DNA from: Podarcis pityusensis
Lineage: Eukaryota
DNA: 64,000 nt
Reading direction: 5' to 3' (one strand)
Assembly (NCBI GenBank): GCA_964106645.2
Contig: OZ067045.1
Notes under the pieces: model-generated
Database searches by the model: none
What the model saw: the letters and a program-made list of their open reading frames with translations, nothing else
Told to the model about the DNA's origin: nothing
In this document: piece by piece, positions 55,401-64,000 of the stretch
Layout: every line of letters begins with the position of its first letter
Position numbering within the stretch: position 1 is the stretch's first letter
Made by a program: the position numbers and the translations under genes

Positions 55401-56351
55401 CATTAGAAAGACATCAGACCCTGTGACTTAATACAAACAGCATTGGTATGGAGACAGTGACTGTAACAGCAGACTAGAAACCCTCTGGTCCAGTCTTACA
55501 CAGGGCAGAACAGAGGTGGAACAACCCCTCAATACACTATTCAAATACTGGAAATGACAATTAGACTAACAAATAACCATGGTCAGCAAGTTCATGTTTC
55601 CATGTTGCAACGAACCAATGTCAAGCTATCATCAAATGATGAATTGCGTTACTTGAAAATGGTTTGGTAACCTGTGGCTAAATTGTCATAATCATCATCA
55701 GCATTTGCATGCAATAGTTCAAAGCCTATCTAGTCAACTGTACTCAAAGAGGTAAGAGTCTGATTGCTTGAGCAATCTAGTCAGTGTACACAACATTTGT
55801 ACCTGCATTCTGAACAAAGTCATTCATACAGAGCCCTAAAATTAATTTCTAAACCATGGAACTATTTTTTCTTAGTCGCCTCTCCATACTAAAAATACAT
55901 TCAGAGCTCTTTCTTTCTGAAGATTTAGATTAGCAAGATGACATTTACAACAAAGATGACTTTTACAACCAACTTCTACTCCAGAAATAAAGATCAGTAA
56001 AGCTTTCTGTGAAAGGCATATCACAAGTCACCACTGCTATTTTCAAAGTTGTGCTATTGTAAAATGCATTTTCCACACAATGGGAGTTTTTAACTGGACC
56101 TCATGGGGCACACTTTGGAGAATCAGTGCCTAGAAATACCTGGCTGAGAACGATGATTGAAGCAGAAGCAGATATCATGGCCAAGCTTGTGATTACATTG
56201 TGCCACCACAGGGAAGCAAGGCAACTTTTTGGAGTATGCAACTTACTGGTAGTGTGAAGAAAGCAGGATGCTTGGATTCATCCTCATATTTGCCCTCTGT
56301 TGGACTTCCAGTTTCAACTGACTTAGACGTGGTGTTCTTGCCAATTCCCAT
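11777..56351 (-). CDS. SLC23A2: SLC23A2 / SVCT2 sodium-dependent vitamin C transporter 2; spliced CDS of 15 coding exons, 650 aa
   Basis: Exon lengths 105+99+117+158+89+71+182+121+157+148+106+130+138+96+236 = 1953 nt; all introns GT-AG with consistent phases. Translation [10 protein letters not shown]...DSEATV matches recalled vertebrate SVCT2 nearly throughout, including the SVCT2-specific N-terminus and NAT motif [11 protein letters not shown]. Confidence 0.97.
12196..12566 (-). mobile_element. Sauria SINE
   Basis: ggtaaaggtaaagg = reverse (ACCTTT)n tail; tRNA-like head near 12490-12560. Confidence 0.88.
12771..12977. mobile_element. hAT-type MITE
   Basis: Imperfect TIRs cagtggtgtccaaac...tttggacatgcctg. 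Confidence 0.7.
13382..13477 (-). CDS. SLC23A2: SLC23A2 coding exon 14 ([31 protein letters not shown])
   Basis: 96 nt, AG/GTGAG flanks. Confidence 0.95.
13875..14045 (+). mobile_element. tRNA-derived squamate SINE; similar copies at 43020-43190, 44077-44225 and 25340-25470(-)
   Basis: A-box-like head gggctatagttcattggtagagca and the common squamate SINE body. Confidence 0.55.
14896..16586 (+). mobile_element. Non-autonomous L1-mobilised retroelement (CpG-rich 5' end, no intact ORF, polyA tail)
   Basis: Perfect 17-bp TSD caagatcctgggcattt (14879-14895, 16587-16603); AATAAA plus A-tail; 5' GACTTCCGG...ATGGCGG L1-type start. Confidence 0.85.
17002..17139 (-). CDS. SLC23A2: SLC23A2 coding exon 13 ([45 protein letters not shown])
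   Basis: 138 nt, AG/GT flanks. Confidence 0.96.
17604..18535 (-). mobile_element. CR1 3' UTR fragment split by an insertion at 17754-18480
   Basis: taagaagagcctgct...tttccagcaa | ctggtattcagaagc; same family as 38330-38600. Confidence 0.65.
17754..18480 (+). mobile_element. LTR-like non-coding insert, possibly a repeat from a tyrosine-recombinase (Ngaro/DIRS-like) retroelement
   Basis: GC box, TTTAAA and caataaagttgtggcc polyA motif; cleanly interrupts a CR1; no TG...CA ends or clear TSD. Confidence 0.55.
18827..18956 (-). CDS. SLC23A2: SLC23A2 coding exon 12 ([44 protein letters not shown])
   Basis: 130 nt, AG/GT flanks. Confidence 0.96.
19010..19160 (-). mobile_element. CR1 3' fragment
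   Basis: agaatcatagagttggaagggacc reverse tail; PSLEVFK on the minus strand. Confidence 0.7.
20768..20995. mobile_element. Tc1/mariner (Tigger-like) MITE
   Basis: TA|cagtggtacct...aggtaccactg|TA. Confidence 0.85.
21671..22018 (-). mobile_element. L2 3' fragment
   Basis: (TTA)n tail; homologous to 28462-29222 and 37140-37592. Confidence 0.75.
22305..22410 (-). CDS. SLC23A2: SLC23A2 coding exon 11 ([35 protein letters not shown])
   Basis: 106 nt; nucleobase-ascorbate transporter signature motif. Confidence 0.96.
22598..22838. mobile_element. Tc1/mariner (Tigger-like) MITE
   Basis: TA|cagtggaacct...aggtacgactg|TA with internal palindromy. Confidence 0.8.
23118..23215 (+). repeat. L2 tail with (TTA)n/(CTA)n microsatellite
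   Basis: ggggagggcggagtataaataaa followed by (tta)n. Confidence 0.7.
24079..24226 (-). CDS. SLC23A2: SLC23A2 coding exon 10 ([49 protein letters not shown])
   Basis: 148 nt, AG/GTAAG flanks; ESIGD substrate-site motif. Confidence 0.96.
24588..24927 (+). mobile_element. Sauria SINE
   Basis: B-box ggttcgaatccc; (ACCTTT)n tail. Confidence 0.88.
25618..25774 (-). CDS. SLC23A2: SLC23A2 coding exon 9 ([25 protein letters not shown]...WFKVPYP)
   Basis: 157 nt, AG/GTAAGT flanks; lies within ORF 25604..25822. Confidence 0.96.
26655..27790 (+). mobile_element. Old, degenerate L2 fragments
   Basis: Remnants ggattactgcaatgcgctcta (LDYCNAL) and cactggctgcca (HWLP). Confidence 0.55.
28164..28284 (-). 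CDS. SLC23A2: SLC23A2 coding exon 8 ([40 protein letters not shown])
   Basis: 121 nt, AG/GTAAGT flanks. Confidence 0.96.
28462..29222 (-). mobile_element. L2 3' fragment inserted into a CR1 remnant (28395-28455 / 29225-29490)
   Basis: ORF 28773..29309 YMGLPLK...LHWLPV...; (TTA)n tail. Confidence 0.85.
30937..31122 (+). mobile_element. 5'-truncated Sauria SINE
   Basis: gcgggaaggtaaacggcgtt core and (ACCTTT)n tail. Confidence 0.85.
31900..32607 (+). mobile_element. Two L2 3' fragments (about 31900-32165 and 32312-32607)
   Basis: Homology to 1408-2012 and to 28462-29222; (TTA)n tail. Confidence 0.7.
32763..32944 (-). CDS. SLC23A2: SLC23A2 coding exon 7 ([16 protein letters not shown]...[10 protein letters not shown])
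   Basis: 182 nt, AG/GTGAGT flanks. Confidence 0.96.
34180..34250 (-). CDS. SLC23A2: SLC23A2 coding exon 6 ([24 protein letters not shown])
   Basis: 71 nt, AAG acceptor, GTAAC donor; NGT glycosylation sequon. Confidence 0.92.
37140..37592 (-). mobile_element. L2 3' fragment, possibly inserted in an older LTR-like sequence (about 37030-38000)
   Basis: [17 protein letters not shown]; possible TSD ctctag at 37134-37139 / 37593-37598. Confidence 0.75.
38330..38600 (-). mobile_element. CR1 3' UTR fragment
   Basis: aacataagaagagcctgctggatca reverse tail. Confidence 0.65.
38636..39128 (-). mobile_element. BovB (RTE) LINE 3' fragment
   Basis: [29 protein letters not shown]...[12 protein letters not shown]; (CAA)n tail. 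Confidence 0.92.
39586..39674 (-). CDS. SLC23A2: SLC23A2 coding exon 5 ([29 protein letters not shown])
   Basis: 89 nt, AG/GT flanks. Confidence 0.96.
43433..43590 (-). CDS. SLC23A2: SLC23A2 coding exon 4 ([53 protein letters not shown])
   Basis: 158 nt, AG/GT flanks; the conserved QH motif spans the exon 3/4 junction. Confidence 0.96.
44262..44604. mobile_element. Probable non-autonomous DNA element with repeated gtccct motifs and an internal L2 tail
   Basis: Internal repeats gtccctattttc; aatgttggaggg(c/t)atg occurs twice. Confidence 0.45.
46246..46362 (-). CDS. SLC23A2: SLC23A2 coding exon 3 ([39 protein letters not shown])
   Basis: 117 nt, AG/GT flanks. Confidence 0.96.
47649..47974. 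mobile_element. hAT MITE (family B)
   Basis: catgggtaggcaaact...agtttgctgacccctg; near-identical to 58714-59045; internal ~63-bp tandem repeat. Confidence 0.85.
48019..48371. mobile_element. hAT MITE (family A)
   Basis: TIR cagtggttcccaaa...tttgggaaccactg. Confidence 0.85.
52107..52363 (+). mobile_element. 5'-truncated Sauria SINE with 14-bp TSD
   Basis: TSD taatcagtgataat at 52093-52106 and 52364-52377; (ACCTTT)n tail. Confidence 0.9.
53620..53718 (-). CDS. SLC23A2: SLC23A2 coding exon 2 ([33 protein letters not shown])
   Basis: 99 nt, AG/GT flanks, matches SVCT2. Confidence 0.95.
53792..54818 (+). mobile_element. Internally deleted hAT (Buster/Charlie-type) DNA transposon retaining the transposase C-terminus
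   Basis: Perfect 15-bp TIR cagtgtttttcaacc; perfect 8-bp TSD ctctaggg; ORF ...LDSFWL...EFPLLA..A...[15 protein letters not shown]...KTKYRERL...QAQVAH (hATC dimerisation domain). Confidence 0.93.
56247..56351 (-). CDS. SLC23A2: SLC23A2 coding exon 1 ([35 protein letters not shown])
   Basis: ATG in strong Kozak context (ACAATGG); donor GTAAGT at 56246-56241. Confidence 0.95.
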
Positions 56352-56511
56352 TGTTTCCCACAATGCTCTAAAATTCACGTAGTCACTAAGTTATTAGTAT
56401 GGGGATAGGGTTTTCAATTAAAAACTAGGGCACCTCAGGGAGTCAGAAGAGCATCACAGGAGTTCACAACGGAGCATGAGGTCCTGTAAGTAACATGTGC
56501 TTCTATGACAC
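56352..56511 (-). other. SLC23A2: 5' UTR part of the SLC23A2 start-codon exon, containing three short uORFs
   Basis: Acceptor ttcatttctttatttctag with AG at 56513-56512; a weaker alternative cttacag acceptor has AG at 56485-56484. Confidence 0.65.
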
Positions 56512-58538
56512 CTAGAAATAAAGAAATGAAACACCAGTAAAAAATTTGCAATACAGTTCCACAAGACATTTGCTGCAGTGTATAAACCTCACTGAGAATC
56601 CAGGTTTTATGACAAGTTAATTACATTGAGAATTTCAACCAATGTCCAAGGATGCCCTAAAGAAGACAGTCAGCCGCAGTCTTTCCCCCCTTCACAACAT
56701 AGCAGAAAAATCCCTCAAGCCTATTTGATTCTGGTGACAGGAATCTTGAAATAGATATTGAGCCCTTTTCAAGGCTGATGATGCCAACCTGCCCCAGTTC
56801 TTCCTTAAAACTCAAAATGAGGTTTTACCACTTACTCTTCATCCCCTGCCTACTGAAACTATCCCTGAGTTTCAAACTGCATATATTTGTTCCCTTCTAG
56901 CCATACTCCCACCTTCCACTGCACCCTTCATCAACCTGGTACCCTCCTGGTACCAACTCACATGAGCCCCAGCCAGCACAGTCATAGGATGTCAGGGCTG
57001 ATGGCAGCTGTAATCCAAAACAGCTGGAGGGTACCAGACTGGGGAACGCTGCTCTATTGCCTCCCCACTGAGGAATTTCAGATGATAAACTGCAAAGGTC
57101 CCTGTCCCACCGTGTGACACCATAGTCTGAAGCACCAAACCTACTGAGTGATGGTGCTGTTTACATAAATAAACAAAGGCAAAACAACAACAAAAAACCT
57201 TGCCTACGCACTTGGTTGTAGGTAAACCTTTCAAAAAAGCACACACAAACATCCACATTATGACAACTTAAAGCTGGTCACAATTTAAAAAATGGATCTA
57301 ATCAAAAGTACAGATGTGAACGCAGATCAAATTTCAGTCTGAAACTGGGGTTAATAAAATTAAAGCAGTGTAAAGACTGCCTCTGATAAATGAACAAGGA
57401 TGATTTAATTCACACACAAAATAACTACGCAAACTCAAATTTAAACAATCAAAATGTCCAAAGATGTTCTAAAAACAAACCAGTGCTCCATCCATCGGCA
57501 GTTATTATTCTTGGGTATGTACTTTAAGTTCACATACTCATTTTTAGGCTACTCCAAAACCCTTTTCTATAAAGGGACACGACTTGCAAAATGTCCAGAG
57601 ATGTTTGCCTCTGTTGACAACTCACTTTACACAGTCTCTTACATCTTGTTTTTTGCATGAGTGATTTAACCAACTCCCTTTACTATCCGACTTCTGTGCA
57701 ATAATGCTTCCACTTTAGACCCACTGAAGTTAAAACACTTAATATGTGTTTTAATATGAGGCTAACATTCATCTAAAATACTGAGAGCATGGGCTGTGTG
57801 TTAAAAGTCATAAAGCAATACAGGAGATACAGAACATACAAGTGGCTTTTTGGAAATTGAGATGCTACCATTCTATGAGCCAATGATAAGGCAGGTGGCA
57901 CATGGAACAGATTTGGGGAAATCATCTTCCTGTAGCATAAGGCTGTCTGGAAGTATATATTGCTGTGAAAGTAAAGGGAGCAAGAGAGAAATGAAAGACT
58001 GGGAAGACCAGGCTTTCAGTATGTTAGTTGCATGGGGAGCAAATGAATTGTTAAGAGAGTCCACTTTTAAAGGACCTGGGGACAATAACAGTGGCTCTCT
58101 CCTTTAGCTCACTTCTATATAAGTTGAGACACAAAGGGCACTTCAGTTCCTTCCTCTCCAGAGAAGCAAAACAGAGGCAGACTGGTGGCGGCTGCATGCA
58201 CATTGGGTGGGCAAGTTAAAGAGCATTTTGCCTTTGCATGAACAGTTGAGGGACAGAGGAAGTGGAAAAACCCGGGGATAGATCAGGGGTCCTCAAAGTG
58301 GGCGGTACCGCCCCCTGGGGGGCAGTGAGATTACACAGTGGGGTGCTATGAGGCAAGGGGGTGCTAGAGGTGTAAATGACTATCAGACCTTGAAAAGCTG
58401 GTATCACTGGATCAATCAATTTTGCTGAATTAAAGTAAATAGTTTTAATTGGATTTTGAATTAAATGTGCAACTAATCATTGCCGTTTTGAATTTTATTG
58501 TGTTATTTTCTTCCTTAGTGGTTAACATAAACTGTTAT

Positions 58539-59288
58539 GTTCAATCAATCAATCAACCTTTATGGGCATACAGAGAAGGCTGGAATATATGAATCGAAAC
58601 ATAAAATTGTCATCTGTTCACAGGAGGAAATGCTTTAAGTTTAAGATAAAACTATACAGGCCTAGTAAGGTTAAAAAGTACCACTCAGGTCTTATGACGA
58701 CGTAGTTTCATGGCATGGGTAGGCAAACTAAGGGACAGGGGCCAGATCCGGCCCAATCGCCTTCTGAATCCGGCCTGCAGATGGTCTGGGAATCAGCATG
58801 TTTTTACATGAGTAGAATGTGTCCTTTTATTTAAAATGCATCTCTGGGTTATTTGTGGGGCCTGCTTGGTGTTTTTACATGAATAGAATGTGTGCTTTTA
58901 TTTAAAATGCATCTCTGAGTTATTTGTGGGGCATAGGAATTCGTTCAAATTTTTTTTTTTCAAAATATAGTCCGCCCTGCCCCCCTCCCACAAGGTCTGA
59001 GGGACAGTGGACTGGCCCCCTGCTGAAAAAGTTTGCTGACTCCTGTTTCATGGCGTTGCTCAGATATTCTGCTACTTCCTCCATATGATCATGCCGGCAG
59101 CTATTCAATAAAAAGGAAACCCTGTAGGAGTCAGAACAATTTAACCTCTCCTTCAGCAGTGGGCTCAAACATTTGTGGCGGATTACTGCATAAAAGGGAC
59201 AGTAGAACAAGACATGTGCAATGGTCTTGACCCATCCTACACTGCAAGGACAATACGTCTTTGAATATGGTATTTAGCATTATGCCGT
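58539..59288 (-). mobile_element. LINE 3' fragment with CCHC motif and (TTGA)n tail (RTE-X-like)
   Basis: CPCSVGWVKTIAHVLFYCPFY...NAMK|LRRHKT*; tcaatcaatcaatc tail; possible TSD ctgttat. Confidence 0.6.
58714..59045. mobile_element. hAT MITE (family B) nested in the LINE fragment
   Basis: Perfect 8-bp TSD tttcatgg at 58706-58713 / 59046-59053. Confidence 0.9.
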
Positions 59289-59392
59289 CTGTTATACTAA
59301 ATAATGTTTTTATAGGGTAGGGGGCACTGGGATGAGTTTATGGAAACGGGGGGGGGGGGGACGGTGGTGGAGGCCCTAAAATGCTTGGGAAC

Positions 59393-59837
59393 TTTTTTTT
59401 AATAAATGATATTTATTAAAGTTTCAAAGAAAAAAAAATTACATAAATTAAAAAAATAAAAAAGGACAGAAATAAGAATAAAAGAAAAATACAAAATACA
59501 GAAAAAAAACTCTTAAAAAAACCAAAACACATCAATCTTTCCACCTTACATTCATTTCCTTGCTTCCCTGACCTCCTCGCACCTCCCTTTTTTGTATTCC
59601 AATTCAGTTAGTTAATTCAGCAATTTCTTTCCCTCTTTGTTTTTATCTTAATCCTTTAACTTAATATATTATAACTTTGGATTCTCACCTGTTAATAATC
59701 CATTTTTACATACACCTTTATAACATTGCTGCTTAAACCACTTAACTTCATTCTGACATCATTCTAACATTCATTAATTTTACAATATTTCTGTAAATAG
59801 TCTTTAAATTTCTTCCAATCTTCTTCCAAAAAAATAA
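59393..59837 (-). mobile_element. Heavily 5'-truncated L1 (last ORF2 codons, 3' UTR, polyA)
   Basis: 16-bp TSD taaaatgcttgggaac at 59377-59392 / 59838-59853; homologous to 3420-3870. Confidence 0.9.
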
Positions 59838-61761
59838 TAAAATGCTTGGGAACCACTAGGCTACAAGCACTGTTTGGGGCCACATGAGATGATTGGATTG
59901 AGCTCCTGGGATACCAATTATTCCTTCCTCAGTCTAAATTCCTCCTCAAACAAAAAGGGTATAATCAACCATATTATCGTGTGTTACAACAACTTCGCTC
60001 TCAGGTTTCTGCCGTTCCTTTAAGTCCCATGACTCATTTCCCTCCAAAGAATGGCAGGTAGCCAACAAGCACGTTCTGCTCCAGCTCTGAAATTCTATCA
60101 GTGGACACCTGCAGTTTAAAAGCAGCTAACAAAAGTGGTGCTCGACTCCAAGAAAAGGCACATGATAAATCATGAAGCCGGAAACAGCAATAATACAAAA
60201 TGCTTTCATAAAAAAGGCACAATAAAGAGGAATTATTGTAAAAGGCAATCAAGAGTATTACACTGATCTTCCTTCGTGTTAGCTTAAAAAATTAGCCTGT
60301 AGCATTTTTAGCCACATTCCTGAGGCAAAAGGCAATGAATGGCCTTTGAGAAATCACCATGAGAAACAAATCCCTCTATAATCTCACAAAAAATTCCTAA
60401 CAAAATAAGGACTGTTTCCTTTCTTCTCTCAAAAGCTTGCCTAGAAAGAATGATTACAGGCACATTTTAAAACTAGAAATAGGCAAGGAGGGCAAGGGAG
60501 AGGGTGGTGGAAAAATGATCCTAGAAGGCACAGAATGGCCTGCAAACCAAGTCAATGCAGCCCACCAGAAACTCAGTAAACCCACCCCACCCTGTCTCAG
60601 TAGCCTACCAAGGCTGTCTGTCAAATACCTGTCAGACACATTCTGCTGCAGAAAGACCTGGATTCAGGCTGGTGGGCTGTGAAGGCCTGCAGGAAGGAAA
60701 CATCATGCTTGCTAGAATCTAATTCAACCCATGCATTCAAGATAGCTGCCTCCAGCTTCTGCTTTCCATTTTCACAACAGCGGAAGGCCCAGCTAGTTAT
60801 GTAAACTAGAAATGCTTCATAATTATATTTCTGCTTTCTGACCTGACCTGAAGGGTGGAAAAAACATGCTTCCACAGCACTCTGCAACAAATTATTGGAG
60901 ACAAGAAACTTTTCTTTTAAGGTGGGGAAATAAGGTGGAAATAAGTGAAAATCAGATTGGCTAAGAGACTGGCATCAATATCAAAAAGATTGGCCAGCGG
61001 GCCAGGAACATTTTGAAAAAAAATTCACAGACTGTCCTGATTAGCAAAACAATAATGCTTTTAAGCATTTTGAACAAGTGAAGCAGATAATTACTGTATT
61101 TGGGCAGAGTTTTGATTAGCCAGAATAGTTAGCCAGCAGACCAATGCTTGGCAGAGCCTCAGTTTTGCACAAAAGACAATTCCCAATTCATTACAGGACA
61201 GCAGCTTCTGAGTCTCTATTTGGCACCTGTCAGACCAGTGATACCAAATAAGCCTTCGTTCTCTTCCAGTGGAAAAAAAGGGCTGCAGAAAGATGGATGC
61301 AAGAAATTTGGATGTACCATTGATAAGATACAAAGATTGCTGGCCTTTCCACAGTAGTCGTATCAACTGGGAAATTCCACTTGGACAGGCTGAAGTCATA
61401 ATCCTTATCCGTGAAGCTGAGATAAACAAAGCATTTCTAGCAACACAACTTACCAATGAAACTGGATTCACAAATTTCCCTCATAACAAGGGAGCACAAA
61501 TATTCAAAGTCAATAGAAGAAGAATGGAACTAACACAGGGGTGGATGTGGAGGTCAGGATAGGGGGGAAAGGCTGTGAATCCCTCTAATTAATTTATAAA
61601 GCTTGTCCGTGGCTTATCCGTAAAAAAAAGAAGTTACGTACATACAAGAAACGATAGATAGCACATCTAATAGCACTTTGCTGTGCTGAGAGTGATTTCC
61701 CAGCTGGCACTTAGCAAAGAAGAAGTGTTACAGGCCTCCACTTCCTCCTCACCACACTCTC

Positions 61762-63792
61762 TCTTTTTTTCTTTTTTTTATAAGATATTTATTAAGATTT
61801 TCAAGATGTTACAAAAAAATAAAAATAGAAAAAAAAGAAAAAAGAAAAATACAAAATAAAAATAATTAAAGACAACTCAATCTTTCCATTGCTTATTTTT
61901 CATTAGCTTGTTTCCCGGACCTCCTCACGCCTCCCTTTTTTGTATTCCAATTCAATTTGTTAGTTCAGCAAATCCCTCCCCTCTTTGTTAATCCTAATCT
62001 TTGATCTTAAAATATTATAACATTAGATCTTTGCCTACTAATAATCCATTTTTCATATTCCCTTATAGTATTGCAGCTAAAAACCACTTAGTTTCTATCC
62101 AACATCATTCCAACATTCATTAATTTTACAATATTTCTGTAAATAGTCTTTAAATTTCTTCCAGTCTTCTTCCACCAACTCTTCTCCCTGGTCTCGGATT
62201 CTGCCAGTCATTTCCGCCAGTTCCATATAGTCAATCACCTTCATCTGCCATTCTTCCAGAGTGGGTAGATCTTGTGTCTTCCAATACTTTGCAATGAGTA
62301 TTCCTGCTGCTGTTGTGGTATACATAAAAAAAGTTCTATCCTTCTTTGGCACCAGTTGGCCGACTATGCCCAGGAGAAAGGCCTCTGGTTTCTTCAGGAA
62401 GGTATATTTAAATACCCTTTTCATTTCATTATAAATCATCTCCCAGAAAGCCTTAATCCTTGGGCACGTCCACCAAAGGTGAAAGAATGTACCTTCGGTT
62501 TCTTTACATTTCCAACATTTATTATCGGGCAAATGATAGATTTTTGCAAGCTTGACTGGGGTCATGTACCACCTGTATATCATTTTCATAATATTCTCTC
62601 TTAAGGCATTACATGCCGTAAACTTCATACCTGTGGTCCATAACTGTTCCCAATCAGCCATCATTATGTTATGTCCAACATCTTGTGCCCATTTAATCAT
62701 AGCAGATTTCACCGTTTCATCCTGAGTATTCCATTTCAACAGCAAGTTATAAATCTTTGACAAAATCTTAGTTTTGGGTTCTAACAGTTCTTTTCTAATT
62801 TTGATTTTTCCACCTGGAAGCCAATTTTCTTGTCCAAATTATATGCCTCCATTATCTGATAATAATGAAGCCAGTCTCGCACTTTGTTTTTTAATTTCTC
62901 AAAACTCTGCAGTTTCAATCTATCTCCATCTTGTTCCAAAATTTCCCAATATTTCGGCCATTTGGCCTCCATATTGAGCTTTTTCTGTGCTTTCGCTTCC
63001 ATCGGTGACAGCCACCTTGGGGTTTTGTTTTCCAATAAATCCTTATATCTTATCCAGACATTAAACAACGCTTTCCTGACAATATGATTCTTAAATGCTT
63101 TATGTGCTTTGACCTTATCATACCACAGATATGCATGCCATCCAAATACATTGTTAAAACCTTCTAAATCCAAAATGTCTGCGTTTTCAAGAAGCAGCCA
63201 TTCTTTCAACCAGCAAAAAGTTGCTGATTCATAATAAAGTTTAAAGTCTGGCAGGGCAAATCCACCTCTTTCCTTTGCATCTGTTAGTATTTTAAATTTT
63301 ATTCTAGGCTTCTTGCCCTGCCAGACAAATCTAGAAATATCTCTCTGCCACTTCTTGAAACAGTCCATTTTGTCCACAATTTGCAATGTTTGAAACAAAA
63401 ACATTCTAGGCAGTACATTCATTTTTATCGCAGCAATGCAACCCAGCAATGAAAGCTTCATTTGACCAAATTTCTAAATCTTTTTTTACTTCGGCCCAGC
63501 ATTTTTCATAGTTGTCTTTAAATAAATTCCCGTTTTTTGCTGTCATGTTACTCCCCAGGTATTTCACTTTCTTAACCACTGTTAAGCCTGTCTCATTCTG
63601 AAACCTCTCTCTCTCAATCGGTGTTAATTTTTTCTCTAAAACCTTAGTTTTTAACTTATTCAGTTTAAGTCCTGCAAACTGACCAAATTCTTGAATCAGT
63701 TCTAAAACCCTTTTGGTACTAGATTCTGGCTCCTGTAACGTCAATACTAAGTCATCTGCAAATGCTCTCAATTTGTACTGTTTGGCTCCGAC
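61762..63792 (-). mobile_element. 5'-truncated L1 (RT FADD motif to 3' end), frameshifted ORF2
   Basis: LRAFADDL; ORF2 split across 63406..63882, 62781..63461 and 62095..62763; 18-bp TSD cctcctcaccacactctc at 61744-61761 / 63793-63810. Confidence 0.93.
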
Positions 63793-64000
63793 CCTCCTCA
63801 CCACACTCTCATTCTCACTCTCACTCTCTGCTCTTCCCCTTTGGGCTTTGAGAAGAAGCACCTGGGAATCACTAAATACCATGAAACCTCAAGCAGCAAG
63901 GCTGTGCAGAAGACAGATGACGAGAAGCTCAAGTCTCTCACAGAGGGCAATGTGGGATATTGTGGAGGTACTGTGGGATGATGGAAACTTACAATATTCA

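Larger units (their letters stand above)
58284..59858. mobile_element. hAT MITE (family A) expanded by three nested insertions
   Basis: 58284-58538 and 59289-59858 align to the two halves of the 48019-48371 copy. Confidence 0.75.

Noticed and set aside
62095-63882. Active L1 or a host reverse-transcriptase gene
   Set aside because: 5'-truncated inside the RT domain with at least two frameshifts; the ORF start at 63882 lies in flanking DNA outside the TSD.
1-64000. A novel prokaryote-style defence or biosynthetic system
   Set aside because: The window is explained by one spliced vertebrate gene, a neighbouring promoter and transposable elements; no unexplained long ORFs remain.

Overview
Eukaryotic (vertebrate) genomic DNA, almost certainly from a squamate and probably a lacertid lizard, judging by Sauria SINEs with (ACCTTT)n tails, BovB, squamate-type L2/CR1/L1 and hAT/Tc1 MITEs. 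The window holds the complete coding region of SLC23A2 (SVCT2, sodium-dependent vitamin C transporter 2) on the minus strand. I assembled 15 GT-AG coding exons (56351 to 11777), totalling 1953 nt = 650 aa + stop, with an intact frame and the NAT signature [11 protein letters not shown] probable ~6 kb 3' UTR ends near 5750. A CpG island at ~560-1330 has a minus-strand splice donor and is, by amniote synteny, probably the RASSF2 promoter/first exon (inference). The rest is intronic or intergenic and rich in transposable elements. Almost all short ORFs in the supplied track are spurious or TE-derived. I found no convincing novel multi-gene system. The most interesting items are a 1.7 kb ORF-less L1-mobilised element with an intact structured 5' end, a young hAT element next to an exon, non-canonical L1 target sites, a four-layer nested TE cluster, a TSD-less LTR-like insert, and three uORFs in the SLC23A2 leader.
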